A stretch of 64,000 bases of DNA from an uncultured Syntrophobacterales bacterium. GTDB taxonomy: Bacteria; Desulfobacterota; Binatia; UBA9968; JAJDTQ01. The stretch is from positions 4,158-68,157 of the forward strand of contig CAZVUC010000094.1 of assembly GCA_964630405.1 (NCBI GenBank), written 5' to 3'. This document shows positions 30,283 to 38,770 of the stretch, in pieces. The position numbers and the translations under genes were made by a program. Within the stretch, counting starts at the first letter, position 1, and every line of letters starts with the position of its first letter. The notes under the pieces were generated by a model that saw only the letters and a program-made list of their open reading frames with translations, was not told the origin of the DNA and did not search any database.

Positions 30283-30708
30283 ATGGTGCTCCGGGTCGTG
30301 GCAGGGATCCTATCCAGGGGCGGCCGGTTCCTGGTCTGCCAGCGGCGGGGCGAGGGCGCGTTTCCGTACAAGTGGGAGTTTCCCGGGGGGAAGATCGAAA
30401 CCGGAGAGGAAGCGGCCGCGGCCCTGGCGAGGGAGCTCCGGGAAGAGTTGGGCATCGAGGTGGAGAGCGCCCGTGAGGTATTCAGGCACGCTCACGCGTA
30501 CGCCGGCGGGCCCCGGGTGGAGCTGGCTTTCTTCGCCGTGCTGGCGTACGACGGAGAGCCGCGGAACCAGGCATTCCGGCGCATCGCATGGGTGGCGGCC
30601 GGCGAGCTCGAAGAGCTCGATTTCCTGGAAGGAGACTTGCCGCTGATCCGCGAGCTTCGGAACGGCGGGCTGGAACGGCTGTCAAAGCAGAAGGGATTGT
30701 CATCATGA
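30283..30708 (+). CDS. MutT-like NUDIX hydrolase
   Basis: WEFPGGKIETGEEAAAALARELREELG Nudix box. Confidence 0.92.
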   Translation: MVLRVVAGILSRGGRFLVCQRRGEGAFPYKWEFPGGKIETGEEAAAALARELREELGIEVESAREVFRHAHAYAGGPRVELAFFAVLAYDGEPRNQAFRRIAWVAAGELEELDFLEGDLPLIRELRNGGLERLSKQKGLSS

Positions 30709-31793
30709 TTCTGGTATTGCGTCCGGAAGACATTGACGGGTTGATCACCATGAAGGATGCCATCGAGCTGGTCCGGGAAGGGTTCGCCCAGTGGGCTCGC
30801 AACCCCGACATCAGCATGGTGCGGCACCGCACCCACATGCCGTCCAACGTGCGTGTCAGCGTGCACCAGGGAGGGCTCCCGCAGGTGGGGGTCACCGGCC
30901 TCATGACCCATTGTGAGTGGACCAAGAACCCGGTTCGCGGCGAGCATTCCATCGAGGCGTTTCCGGTCCGCGGACGGCCGACGCAGGTGCTGTTCGACTC
31001 CGAGACCGGAGAGCTGCGCTGCATCGTCATCGGCGAGCCCAGGCCTCGGGAGCTTTCCCTGAGCGGCGTGTCCGCGTTGCGTACGGCCGCCAACAGCGCC
31101 GTGGGCACGGACGTGATGGCCAGGCCGGACGCCAGCACCATCGGCATGCTGGGGTCCCAGAACCAGGCCAAGTATCATCTGCTCGCACTGAAGGAGATCC
31201 GCGAGTTGAGCAGCGTCAAGGTGTTCAGCCCGAACCCGGTGCACCGCAAGGAGTTCGCTGACGAGATGGGCGACCTCACCGGCCTGGACATCCGCCCGGT
31301 GGAGAGCGCCAGGGAGGCGGTCGATGGCGTCGACATCGTGGTTGCGGCCACCAGCTCCAACGTCCCGGTGCTGGACGGCGAGTGGCTGGAACCGGGAGTT
31401 CACCTGACCTCCATCGTGGTGAGCAACATCGGCCTCAAGCGCGGCGGTTTCGTCCCCAAGATGCGTCAGGAACTGGACGACGAGAGCATGCGGCGGGCGG
31501 ATGTCATCGGGGTCAACTCCTGCGAGACGCTCCGGGTGGACCAGCCCGGAGACTTCATGGAACGGCTGGAGAAGGGCATCATATCCTGGGACAAGATCGT
31601 CGAGGTGGGCGAGATCCTGAACGGTACCAAGCCGGGACGCACGGACGCGGACCAGATTACCCTGTTCAAGAACACCGGCGGCGTGGGAATCTCCGACGTG
31701 GCCATCGGCGGCAGGCTGTACGAGCTGGCCCGCGAGAGGGGATTGGGCATCGAGCTGCCCATCGACGGCGCCGAGGCGCGGGAGCCCCTGTAG
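30705..31793 (+). CDS. Ornithine cyclodeaminase / mu-crystallin family protein 1
   Basis: LFDSETG, LRTAA, VVAATSS, GRTDADQITLFKN, GISDVA. Confidence 0.88.
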   Translation: MILVLRPEDIDGLITMKDAIELVREGFAQWARNPDISMVRHRTHMPSNVRVSVHQGGLPQVGVTGLMTHCEWTKNPVRGEHSIEAFPVRGRPTQVLFDSETGELRCIVIGEPRPRELSLSGVSALRTAANSAVGTDVMARPDASTIGMLGSQNQAKYHLLALKEIRELSSVKVFSPNPVHRKEFADEMGDLTGLDIRPVESAREAVDGVDIVVAATSSNVPVLDGEWLEPGVHLTSIVVSNIGLKRGGFVPKMRQELDDESMRRADVIGVNSCETLRVDQPGDFMERLEKGIISWDKIVEVGEILNGTKPGRTDADQITLFKNTGGVGISDVAIGGRLYELARERGLGIELPIDGAEAREPL

Positions 31794-31815
31794 AGGGGTG
31801 GATGAGGACGTTGCC

Positions 31816-32919
31816 ATGACCTTGATCCTGAACAACGACGATGTGAAGCAGGTGCTCACCATGGACGCCACCATGGCGGCGCTGGAAAAGGCGTATATCG
31901 AGCTGGTGGAGCAGGAAGCCGTCTGCCGGCCGCGTATCGATCTGCAGGTGCCGACCCCGGATCCCGAAAAGATGTACCAGTGGGGCACCATGGAGGGGGG
32001 CTCCACGTCCGGTTATTTCGCGATCCGGATGAAGTCGGACATAGTCTACGAGCAGGAGTACAACGGCGCCGTCACCCAGGAGAAGTACTGTGTGCGGCCG
32101 GGACGCTTCTGCGGGCTGATCCTGCTCACCAGCATCCACAACGGAGAGCCGCTGGCGCTGCTGAACGACGGGCATCTCCAGCACATGCGGGTGGGCGCCG
32201 ATTCCGGCATCGGCGCCAAGTACATGGCCCGGGAAGATGCCGCGGTGGTGGGCATGGTCGGGTCCGGCGGCATGGCGCGTTCCCACCTGGAAGCGTTCAT
32301 GCAGGTCCGCCGCATCCAGCGGGTGCAGGTCTACAGCCCCACCAAGGCCAACCGGGAGCAGTACGCCAGGGAGATGACGGAGCAGTTCGACGTGGAAGCC
32401 GTGCCCTTGAGCGATCCGGATGCCGTCTACAAGGGAGCCGACATCATCGCCGGCTGCACCGACTCCGCCGTGGACATCATCAAGGGGGCATTGGTCGAGG
32501 AGGGCACGCACATCACCTCCATCGGCGGCCGCCCGGACGCGGAGACCTTCGACCGTATCGACGTTTCGTTGCGCCTGGGCACGTCGCCCGCGCCCTGGGG
32601 CCTCGAGGACCTGGGCCTCCCTGACGAGTACATCACCTACGCGGCACGGCCGGAAGACGACGCGGGCTTTAAGATGAAGCGCAAACGCCGGCGCGCCCAC
32701 GGCGTGCAGGGCGGAGACAAGAACGTGATGCTGGCGGAGTTGCTGGCGGGCGGGCGGAAAGGGCGGACGTCGGCGGCGCAGGTTACGTATTCTGAGCGGG
32801 GCAACGTCCAGGGCGCCCAGTTCTATTCGGTGGCGGGAAAGGTCTACGAGCTGGCCAGGGAGCAGGGGTTGGGGAAGGAGATCCCCACGGAGTGGCTGCT
32901 TCAGGATATACGGGACTGA
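31816..32919 (+). CDS. Ornithine cyclodeaminase / mu-crystallin family protein 2
   Basis: NGEPLAL, MRVGA, GSGGMA, VYSPT, GRTSAAQVT. Confidence 0.88.
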   Translation: MTLILNNDDVKQVLTMDATMAALEKAYIELVEQEAVCRPRIDLQVPTPDPEKMYQWGTMEGGSTSGYFAIRMKSDIVYEQEYNGAVTQEKYCVRPGRFCGLILLTSIHNGEPLALLNDGHLQHMRVGADSGIGAKYMAREDAAVVGMVGSGGMARSHLEAFMQVRRIQRVQVYSPTKANREQYAREMTEQFDVEAVPLSDPDAVYKGADIIAGCTDSAVDIIKGALVEEGTHITSIGGRPDAETFDRIDVSLRLGTSPAPWGLEDLGLPDEYITYAARPEDDAGFKMKRKRRRAHGVQGGDKNVMLAELLAGGRKGRTSAAQVTYSERGNVQGAQFYSVAGKVYELAREQGLGKEIPTEWLLQDIRD

Positions 32920-32935
32920 CTATGTGCGACGGGAA

Positions 32936-33068
32936 CAGCGCGTGGGGCACTCCGAAGTCCGGAGACGCTTTCTGCTCCGATTCAGCGAGTCCGCGACGCG
33001 CGGACCGCGTTGTCAGTCGTTGCCACGCTCGCCCGGCGTCAACGGATTTCGGAGTGCCTCACGCGCTG
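32936..33068. repeat. MITE-like or structured intergenic element with 26-bp terminal inverted repeats
   Basis: CAGCGCGTGGGGCACTCCGAAGTCCG (32936-32961) pairs with CGGATTTCGGAGTGCCTCACGCGCTG (33043-33068), two G.T mismatches; internal hairpin GTCCGCG-ACG-CGCGGAC. Confidence 0.75.
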
Positions 33069-33127
33069 CTCCGACTCACCGGCGCCAGAGTTCTTGGACC
33101 GCGGTATGTGAGACAAAGGACCATGCC

Positions 33128-34228
33128 ATGTTGATTCTTAACAATGACGAGATCGAGGGCCTGCTCTCGATGGACTCATGCCTCGAGGTGTTGGACAAGG
33201 CCTACCGCCAGCTCGCCAACGGCGAGGCCGTGAACCGTCCGCGCACCGATCTCTATCTGCCGTTCCCCGAGACCTCCGGGGTGTACGCCTTCAAGTCCAT
33301 GGAGGCGGGCCTGTTCGACCCCAAGGTGGTGGCCCTGCGGCTGAACTCCGACGTCATCCGCTGGGAGGACCGCGGCGGCCGCATCGTGAAGGACAAGCTT
33401 CCCAAGGCCCCCGGCGGCAAATGGGTGGGCCTGGTGCTGCTGTTTTCGGCGGAGACCGGGGAGCCCCTCGCCATCTTCCCCGACGGGGTCATCCAGGCCT
33501 TTCGGGTGGCGGCCTCGAGTGCCCTGGCCGCCCGGTACATGGCGCGGGAGGACGTGACCCATCTCGGAATGTTCGGCTCCGGCTGGCAGGCCCGCGCCCA
33601 CGTGGAGGCCTTCTGCAAGGTGCGCACCTTCGAGAAGGTCCTGGTTTTCAGCCCCACCAAGGCGAACCGGGAATCGTTCGCCGAGGAGATGGCGGCGCGG
33701 GTGGGCTTACCGGTGGAGCCGTGCGGAGACGCGGACAAGGTGGCGGAGCAGGCACAGATCCTGGTGGCCGCCACCAACGCCATCACGCGCGTGATCCCGC
33801 CGGAATGGGTGAACCCCGGCGTGCACTTCACCTGCGTCAAGACTTCCGAGCTCGGCGACGACACGATCGGACGGGCCGACCGGGTGGTCATCCACACGCG
33901 CAAGATCGCGCCGGAGAACTACATCGCCGGCATGGGAGACGAGAAGGTGGAGGCCCACGACCCCATCGATTTCCTTACCGCCGCCGACAAGGATGCGGTG
34001 GCGCGGCCCGAGACCCCTTCCTGGATCGACGCTCCCGAGTTGAAGGACGTGGTGGCGGGGAAGGTGGCCGGGCGGACCCGGCCCGACGAGTCGACCTGCT
34101 TCGTCAACAACATCGGACTCGGCGTCCAGTTCGCGGCGGTCGGAAGCGCCGTCTACGCGGACGCCATGGCCAAGGGCCTCGGCCGGGAGATCCCGACCGA
34201 GTGGTTCCTCGAATCGGTGCATCCGTAG
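33128..34228 (+). CDS. Ornithine cyclodeaminase / mu-crystallin family protein 3
   Basis: LFSAETGEPLA, FRVAA, GSGWQA, VFSPT, GRTRPDE. Confidence 0.88.
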   Translation: MLILNNDEIEGLLSMDSCLEVLDKAYRQLANGEAVNRPRTDLYLPFPETSGVYAFKSMEAGLFDPKVVALRLNSDVIRWEDRGGRIVKDKLPKAPGGKWVGLVLLFSAETGEPLAIFPDGVIQAFRVAASSALAARYMAREDVTHLGMFGSGWQARAHVEAFCKVRTFEKVLVFSPTKANRESFAEEMAARVGLPVEPCGDADKVAEQAQILVAATNAITRVIPPEWVNPGVHFTCVKTSELGDDTIGRADRVVIHTRKIAPENYIAGMGDEKVEAHDPIDFLTAADKDAVARPETPSWIDAPELKDVVAGKVAGRTRPDESTCFVNNIGLGVQFAAVGSAVYADAMAKGLGREIPTEWFLESVHP

Positions 34229-34252
34229 CGCCCGGTCCCGGGCGGTTTTGCG

Positions 34253-34975
34253 TTACCGCGCCCAGTGACGGGCCACGTTGGCCACCGAGACCTCGCGGCT
34301 GCCGTTACGTATCTGATACAGCGTCCGTTCCGTAGTCTCGAGGCAGCTCAGAACGTTGCCGTAGACGAGGCCCGTATCGAGGCCGATCTTGTAGGGCAGG
34401 TTGAAGAAGACGTCCTTCATCGGGGTGTGGCCGAACAACACCGTCCGGGACAGCCCGTGCGGATTCGTGATGAACTCGTGCCGAATCCAGATGAGTTCCT
34501 CGTCCACCTGGTGCTCCCATGAACGTTGCGGATTCACACCGGCGTGGACGCAGAGAAAACCGTCCATGAAATACCAGGGTTCCAGTCTCACGAAGAACTC
34601 GATGTGGTCCGGCGGCAGGGCCTCCAGCAGCCGCTGGCCGTCGGCGGGGCCCGGCCTTCCCGCCGGCGCCGTCACGCCGTAGCTCGTCAGCGTCGCAACC
34701 CCGCCGTTCAGGAGAAACGCGTCGCCGTGATTCCCCGAAAGGCCCATGAACGACAGCATCATGTCCTCGTGGTTGCCCCTGAGGAACACCGTCTCCTGCT
34801 CGCCCCGCCCGCGCAACGCCAGCAGATAGTCGACCACGCCCCTGGAGTCGGGCCCGCGGTCGATGTAGTCGCCGAGGAAGACCACGGTGTCGCCGCGTTC
34901 CAGCGGCAGAAACTCGACCAGCGCGGTCAACTCGGGCAGGCATCCGTGCACGTCACCGATCACGTAGGATTTCAT
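34253..34975 (-). CDS. PPP-family metallophosphoesterase (Ser/Thr protein phosphatase-like)
   Basis: GDVHG, GDYIDRG, RGNHE, VHAG, FGHTP, LDTG. Confidence 0.93.
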   Translation of the reverse strand: MKSYVIGDVHGCLPELTALVEFLPLERGDTVVFLGDYIDRGPDSRGVVDYLLALRGRGEQETVFLRGNHEDMMLSFMGLSGNHGDAFLLNGGVATLTSYGVTAPAGRPGPADGQRLLEALPPDHIEFFVRLEPWYFMDGFLCVHAGVNPQRSWEHQVDEELIWIRHEFITNPHGLSRTVLFGHTPMKDVFFNLPYKIGLDTGLVYGNVLSCLETTERTLYQIRNGSREVSVANVARHWAR

Positions 34976-35028
34976 CGAGCCCTCCGTGTTGACCCCTCAA
35001 CAAGGGTTGGTTATCGTGCGAGACGGCC

Positions 35029-35391
35029 ATGAAGTCGACGCATCTGTACCTGAACCCGTTTTTCGCGTTCGGCATGGTGCTCGTGCTGCTTGGCGCCGGC
35101 AACTGGATCGTCGGCGCGGTGCAGGTGGCGCATTACCGAGCCTTGGTGGACGCCGGTTCGAAGGCGAGGGCGGAGGACCGACCCGGCGGCTCCAGGGAGT
35201 TGAGTACGACGAAGAGCACGGAGATTTTGGGCCGGATCCATGAAGAGAGGGAGAAGTACAACGCCGCCCGGATCAAGGTGGACTTCTTCTACGTGGTGCT
35301 CAGGGGCGGCTTGCTGCTCTTTTTCGCGGGGTTGGGTTTCAGCATTTTCGCCCTGGTCAAAACCGTGCGCCGGCACGCTCCGACGCCGTGA
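35029..35391 (+). CDS. Hypothetical membrane protein (2 TM helices)
   Basis: ATG start, N- and C-terminal hydrophobic segments, fills the gap between minus-strand genes. Confidence 0.7.
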   Translation: MKSTHLYLNPFFAFGMVLVLLGAGNWIVGAVQVAHYRALVDAGSKARAEDRPGGSRELSTTKSTEILGRIHEEREKYNAARIKVDFFYVVLRGGLLLFFAGLGFSIFALVKTVRRHAPTP

Positions 35392-35399
35392 CGGTGCGG

Positions 35400-36464
35400 T
35401 TACCGGGAAGGCTTCGATTTCTGATATTTCCGGTAGTCGTACCCGGTGGCCATGGACAACAGCAGGTCTTCCATGCCGCCGTCCTTTTCCCGCCGGAGGA
35501 TCAGGAGCCGTTCGAAGAAGTCGATGAACGTCTTCTGGATGCGTTGCCGCTCGCCCTGTTCCCGGAGATAGAAGTCGTACAGGCTGGTGACGGCCGTCCT
35601 CAAGGCCGAGAAGCGGAGCTCGTTGGGGAAGGAATCCCACTCGGGCAGCGACAGCGGCCGTAGACCTTCGTAACCCAGAATCAGCTCTTCGAACCGCTCC
35701 AGCCGATACCGCCCCTCGTAATAGCAGACGGCGTTCACGGTGGTCGCCAGGTCACAGATGAACTTCCCGCGGCAGGCCCTGTCGAAGTTCATGATGCCGA
35801 CGAGACGCGAGCCCTTGAACTTCATGCTTTCCCAGGACAGATTCCCGTGGATGATGCCCTTGGGCAGGTTGTTGTCGAGATATCCTTCCAGGTAGTTGAC
35901 CTCGTCATCCAGCACTCGCACGATAGTCTTGAGATGCGCCGGCAGGTTTCTCCTCACGTCCTGGTACATCGCCGCCACCCGTGGAAACGAAAAGCGGTTC
36001 TCGACCCCTTTCTTGTAACCCCTGCCGATGAGGTGCAGGTCCGCGAGCACGTGTCCCGCGGCCGAAAGCTGCGCCAGCGTGAGATCGCCCACCGGCACCT
36101 CGGTGCCGTCGATGTTGCGGCTGGCGGAAATGAAGCGGCCGTCCGCCTGGAGGTAGTGCTGGCCGCCGCGGCTCTTCAAGGGCTGCAGGCACTGGAAGCC
36201 GTGGCGCCGCAGGAACAGCAGCAGCTCGATGTCGTGCTTGACCTCGTTCTCGCTCTTGATCCCCTCGATGGAGACGACGAACTTGCCGCGTTTGGTCTCC
36301 ATTATGAAGAACGGTTCGGCGGATTCTCGATGAAGCCCCGCGGCGGAGAAGAATTCGCCCAGGGAGAACTCCTCGGCTATGCCGGCAAGTTCTCGTGCCT
36401 GGGGTTGGGACAAGGTTTCGGCGGCGAAGTTCTTTTCCAGCGGTTTCGCTTCCGTGGACAGCAT
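35400..36464 (-). CDS. APH / homoserine kinase type II fold protein with degenerate catalytic motifs
   Basis: LADLHLIG, LPKGIIHGNL, GIMNFDRAC, DLA, GYEGLRPLS, LRFSALR match the ThrB-II layout. Confidence 0.8.
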   Translation of the reverse strand: MLSTEAKPLEKNFAAETLSQPQARELAGIAEEFSLGEFFSAAGLHRESAEPFFIMETKRGKFVVSIEGIKSENEVKHDIELLLFLRRHGFQCLQPLKSRGGQHYLQADGRFISASRNIDGTEVPVGDLTLAQLSAAGHVLADLHLIGRGYKKGVENRFSFPRVAAMYQDVRRNLPAHLKTIVRVLDDEVNYLEGYLDNNLPKGIIHGNLSWESMKFKGSRLVGIMNFDRACRGKFICDLATTVNAVCYYEGRYRLERFEELILGYEGLRPLSLPEWDSFPNELRFSALRTAVTSLYDFYLREQGERQRIQKTFIDFFERLLILRREKDGGMEDLLLSMATGYDYRKYQKSKPSR

Positions 36465-36588
36465 ATTAGATCTTTCTATTACTCAGTTGGGGACTATTTG
36501 TCAACATTTTCCCGGTTGAGCCGTGAACAACTCGCGTTTCGCGAACGCACTTGGGCGCGACCGCGCTCCGGCTCACGCATCGGATAGC

Positions 36589-36604
36589 TGCATTTTTCGT
36601 GCCA
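36589..36604 (-). promoter_or_regulatory. Sigma54 (-24/-12) promoter
   Basis: Minus strand TGGCACGAAAAATGCA versus consensus TGGCACG-N4-TTGCW. Confidence 0.8.
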
Positions 36605-36609
36605 TTGGC

Positions 36610-36622
36610 CAACTTGTTGATA
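36610..36622 (-). promoter_or_regulatory. IHF binding site
   Basis: Minus strand TATCAACAAGTTG equals consensus WATCAANNNNTTR, just upstream of the -24 box. Confidence 0.65.
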
Positions 36623-36647
36623 TTTGGACGGTTTCGTTTGGCGGGAC

Positions 36648-36732
36648 TCGACGAAATCGTCGATGCGAGTTGGGGTATATGCATATTTCTTTCATGAAAA
36701 CAGTAGGTTATGCGTTTCGACGATTTCGTCGC
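36648..36732. promoter_or_regulatory. Two palindromic boxes, putative enhancer (UAS) sites
   Basis: TCGACG-AAAT-CGTCGA (36648-36663) and TCGACG-ATTT-CGTCGC (36717-36732) flanking an AT-rich spacer. Confidence 0.6.
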
Positions 36733-36847
36733 CACCCGGGACTCGAGAACTCGGCAAGGCCGCTTCCGGTTTGAAGTTCGCGGTCCGTAGAGATAGGATG
36801 AAACGTCTGTCCAACCGGTGGACGACCGGAACGAATGGAAACGGTTG

Positions 36848-37261
36848 ATGGTTGAAGACGATGGCAAGGCTGACGTGGACACGGTCGCCCCGATGCCCGA
36901 GGAGCAGCCGGACCTGTACTATCACGGGATCATTCGGCGCCTTTCACCGCGAAAGGGCACGGGAGTCGTCCGCACGGCCAGCGGCAAGGACGTACGGTTC
37001 TCGTACCAGATGGTTCTGATGTCCGGCCCGGTGAAGTCGCCCAAGGGCCTCAGAGAGGGGATGGTGGTCGGGTACGATCTCGGCTGGACGAGCCACGGGC
37101 TTCGGGTAATCAAGATAAGGACATACCCCCGAAGGGACTGGGCCCCGGGAGGCCGGAGGCGCGAGTCGGACGGGCTTCTAGCGGGGCAGCAGGGTCAGGG
37201 CGAGGATCTGGCTGGAGAGAAGCTCCCCCACGAAGACGCCGAGCAGGGCGATGTAGAATAG
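36848..37261 (+). CDS. Hypothetical protein with degenerate cold-shock (OB-fold) domain
   Basis: HGIIRRLSPRKGTGVVRTASGKDVRF...LREGMVVGYDL...GLRVIKI follows CSD spacing; 3' end overlaps the convergent gene. Confidence 0.65.
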   Translation: MVEDDGKADVDTVAPMPEEQPDLYYHGIIRRLSPRKGTGVVRTASGKDVRFSYQMVLMSGPVKSPKGLREGMVVGYDLGWTSHGLRVIKIRTYPRRDWAPGGRRRESDGLLAGQQGQGEDLAGEKLPHEDAEQGDVE

Positions 37262-37999
37262 GCCCGTGGCCGCCATGGTGTTCTTGAAGTCCGCGAGGGT
37301 CTTCCAGATCATGTATGAAAGCAGGAGCGGGCCGAGCTGGGCGACGAAAAAGCGCGAAAGCAGCAGCAGCAGGTGGTGGCTGAACAGGCGTTCGATGGCC
37401 GCCACGGTTTCTCCGGTGCCGAGCAGGTAGAGGAGGGCGGTGGAGACGACCTCCAGGCCGGTCTGGATGACCAGCATCGTTACGAAGAAGCGGAAGACCC
37501 GGAAGAACGGTTCGAGGCTCTGGCCGGTTTCAATCAGGTACCAGTGGCCGATCAGCATGCCTACGGTGACGGCCCCCAGCAGCAGCGAGGATACGACGAA
37601 GCTGACGGGAAGGAATACGGCTTCCACCGGTCCGAGAGGGCCGTGGGAGAAACCGAAGGAGGCCACGATGATCCCGGTTACGCCGACCAGGATCGCGGTG
37701 GAGAAGAAGCGCGCGCGCAGGAACGCCCGTTCGCCCCACAACGTTATGAAGTAAAGGACCAGGAACAGGGTGAAACACCCTAATAGAATGAGATTTATGA
37801 TTTGGCCGAACCCCTGCGCCCGTGGCAGGAGGTCGAGTTGCCCCCACAGCGCCAGCACCGCGGCGGCCACCAGCACCCCGGCGGTGGATTTGTAGAAGCC
37901 CCTCTCCAGATCCGTGAACGGGGTCACGGACAGACCCACCAGGCCGCCAACCGACAACTGGTAGAGAAACATCACGAACGCTGCGGCGTAAGGGTTCAT
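37178..37999 (-). CDS. Polytopic membrane protein of unknown function (GHWYL motif)
   Basis: About 8 TM helices; MLIGHWYL and MAATGLFY motifs; co-oriented with ubiE/menG. Confidence 0.8.
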   Translation of the reverse strand: MNPYAAAFVMFLYQLSVGGLVGLSVTPFTDLERGFYKSTAGVLVAAAVLALWGQLDLLPRAQGFGQIINLILLGCFTLFLVLYFITLWGERAFLRARFFSTAILVGVTGIIVASFGFSHGPLGPVEAVFLPVSFVVSSLLLGAVTVGMLIGHWYLIETGQSLEPFFRVFRFFVTMLVIQTGLEVVSTALLYLLGTGETVAAIERLFSHHLLLLLSRFFVAQLGPLLLSYMIWKTLADFKNTMAATGLFYIALLGVFVGELLSSQILALTLLPR

Positions 38000-38023
38000 C
38001 GGCTTGGCGGCTTTCTTGGCGGG

Positions 38024-38737
38024 TTACCGGGGCTTGGCCGCCAGGTGAAGACATACGGCGCCCCGCATGTACCGCACGGTGCGGGTCTCGACGAAGCCGG
38101 CCGACGCGATGGTGTCCGCCACGGTCCCGGGGGAGACGAAGGCCCGGACCGAGTCGGACAGGTACCGGTAGGCGGCCGGATCGCCGCTAACCAGGCTGCC
38201 GATACGGGGCATGAGCTTTCCGAAGTAGAGCCAATAGAGCCGCGAGAATGCGCCTTGGGGAGGCGGGAACATGTCCAGGCACACGATCCGGCCGCCCGGC
38301 TTCAGCACCCGGTAGGACTCGCGGAAGAACGATTCGAGATTTCCAACGTTGCGAAGCACGAAGGCGCTCATGACCGCGTCGAAGATCCCGTTCCGAACGG
38401 GTGCGGCGAGGGCGTGGGCCAGCACGAAAGCGGCCCGGCTCTGGTGCCCGGCCCGCGCGGTCTGCTCTCTGGCGCGGTTGAGCATGGCCCGCGAAAAGTC
38501 CAGCCCCACGACCCGGGCGCCGGGAGCCAGGACCTTGCATGCATCCAGGGCCAGAGCGCCGGTCCCCGTCCCCATGTCCAGGACGAGGGCGGGCCGGTCG
38601 GCGATGCCGAGGGCGGCGATGGCCTTTCGCCGCCACAACGAGTCCAACCGAAAGCTGATGATCCGGTTGAGCAGGTCGTAGCGCCATGCGATCCGGTCGA
38701 AGATGTTTCGGACCAGGGTGTCGTGAGGGGCAGGCAT
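38024..38737 (-). CDS. ubiE: UbiE/MenG quinone C-methyltransferase
   Basis: FDRIAWRYDLLN, LDMGTGTG, GLDFS, RVLKPGG, AYRYLSDS. Confidence 0.92.
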   Translation of the reverse strand: MPAPHDTLVRNIFDRIAWRYDLLNRIISFRLDSLWRRKAIAALGIADRPALVLDMGTGTGALALDACKVLAPGARVVGLDFSRAMLNRAREQTARAGHQSRAAFVLAHALAAPVRNGIFDAVMSAFVLRNVGNLESFFRESYRVLKPGGRIVCLDMFPPPQGAFSRLYWLYFGKLMPRIGSLVSGDPAAYRYLSDSVRAFVSPGTVADTIASAGFVETRTVRYMRGAVCLHLAAKPR

Positions 38738-38770
38738 GAGCCGGTCACGGAGCGCCCGGGGGCGGGGGCT

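Noticed and set aside
36664-36716. dif site or replication origin in the AT-rich patch
   Set aside because: No convincing XerC/XerD arms or DnaA boxes; a sigma54 enhancer region explains it better.
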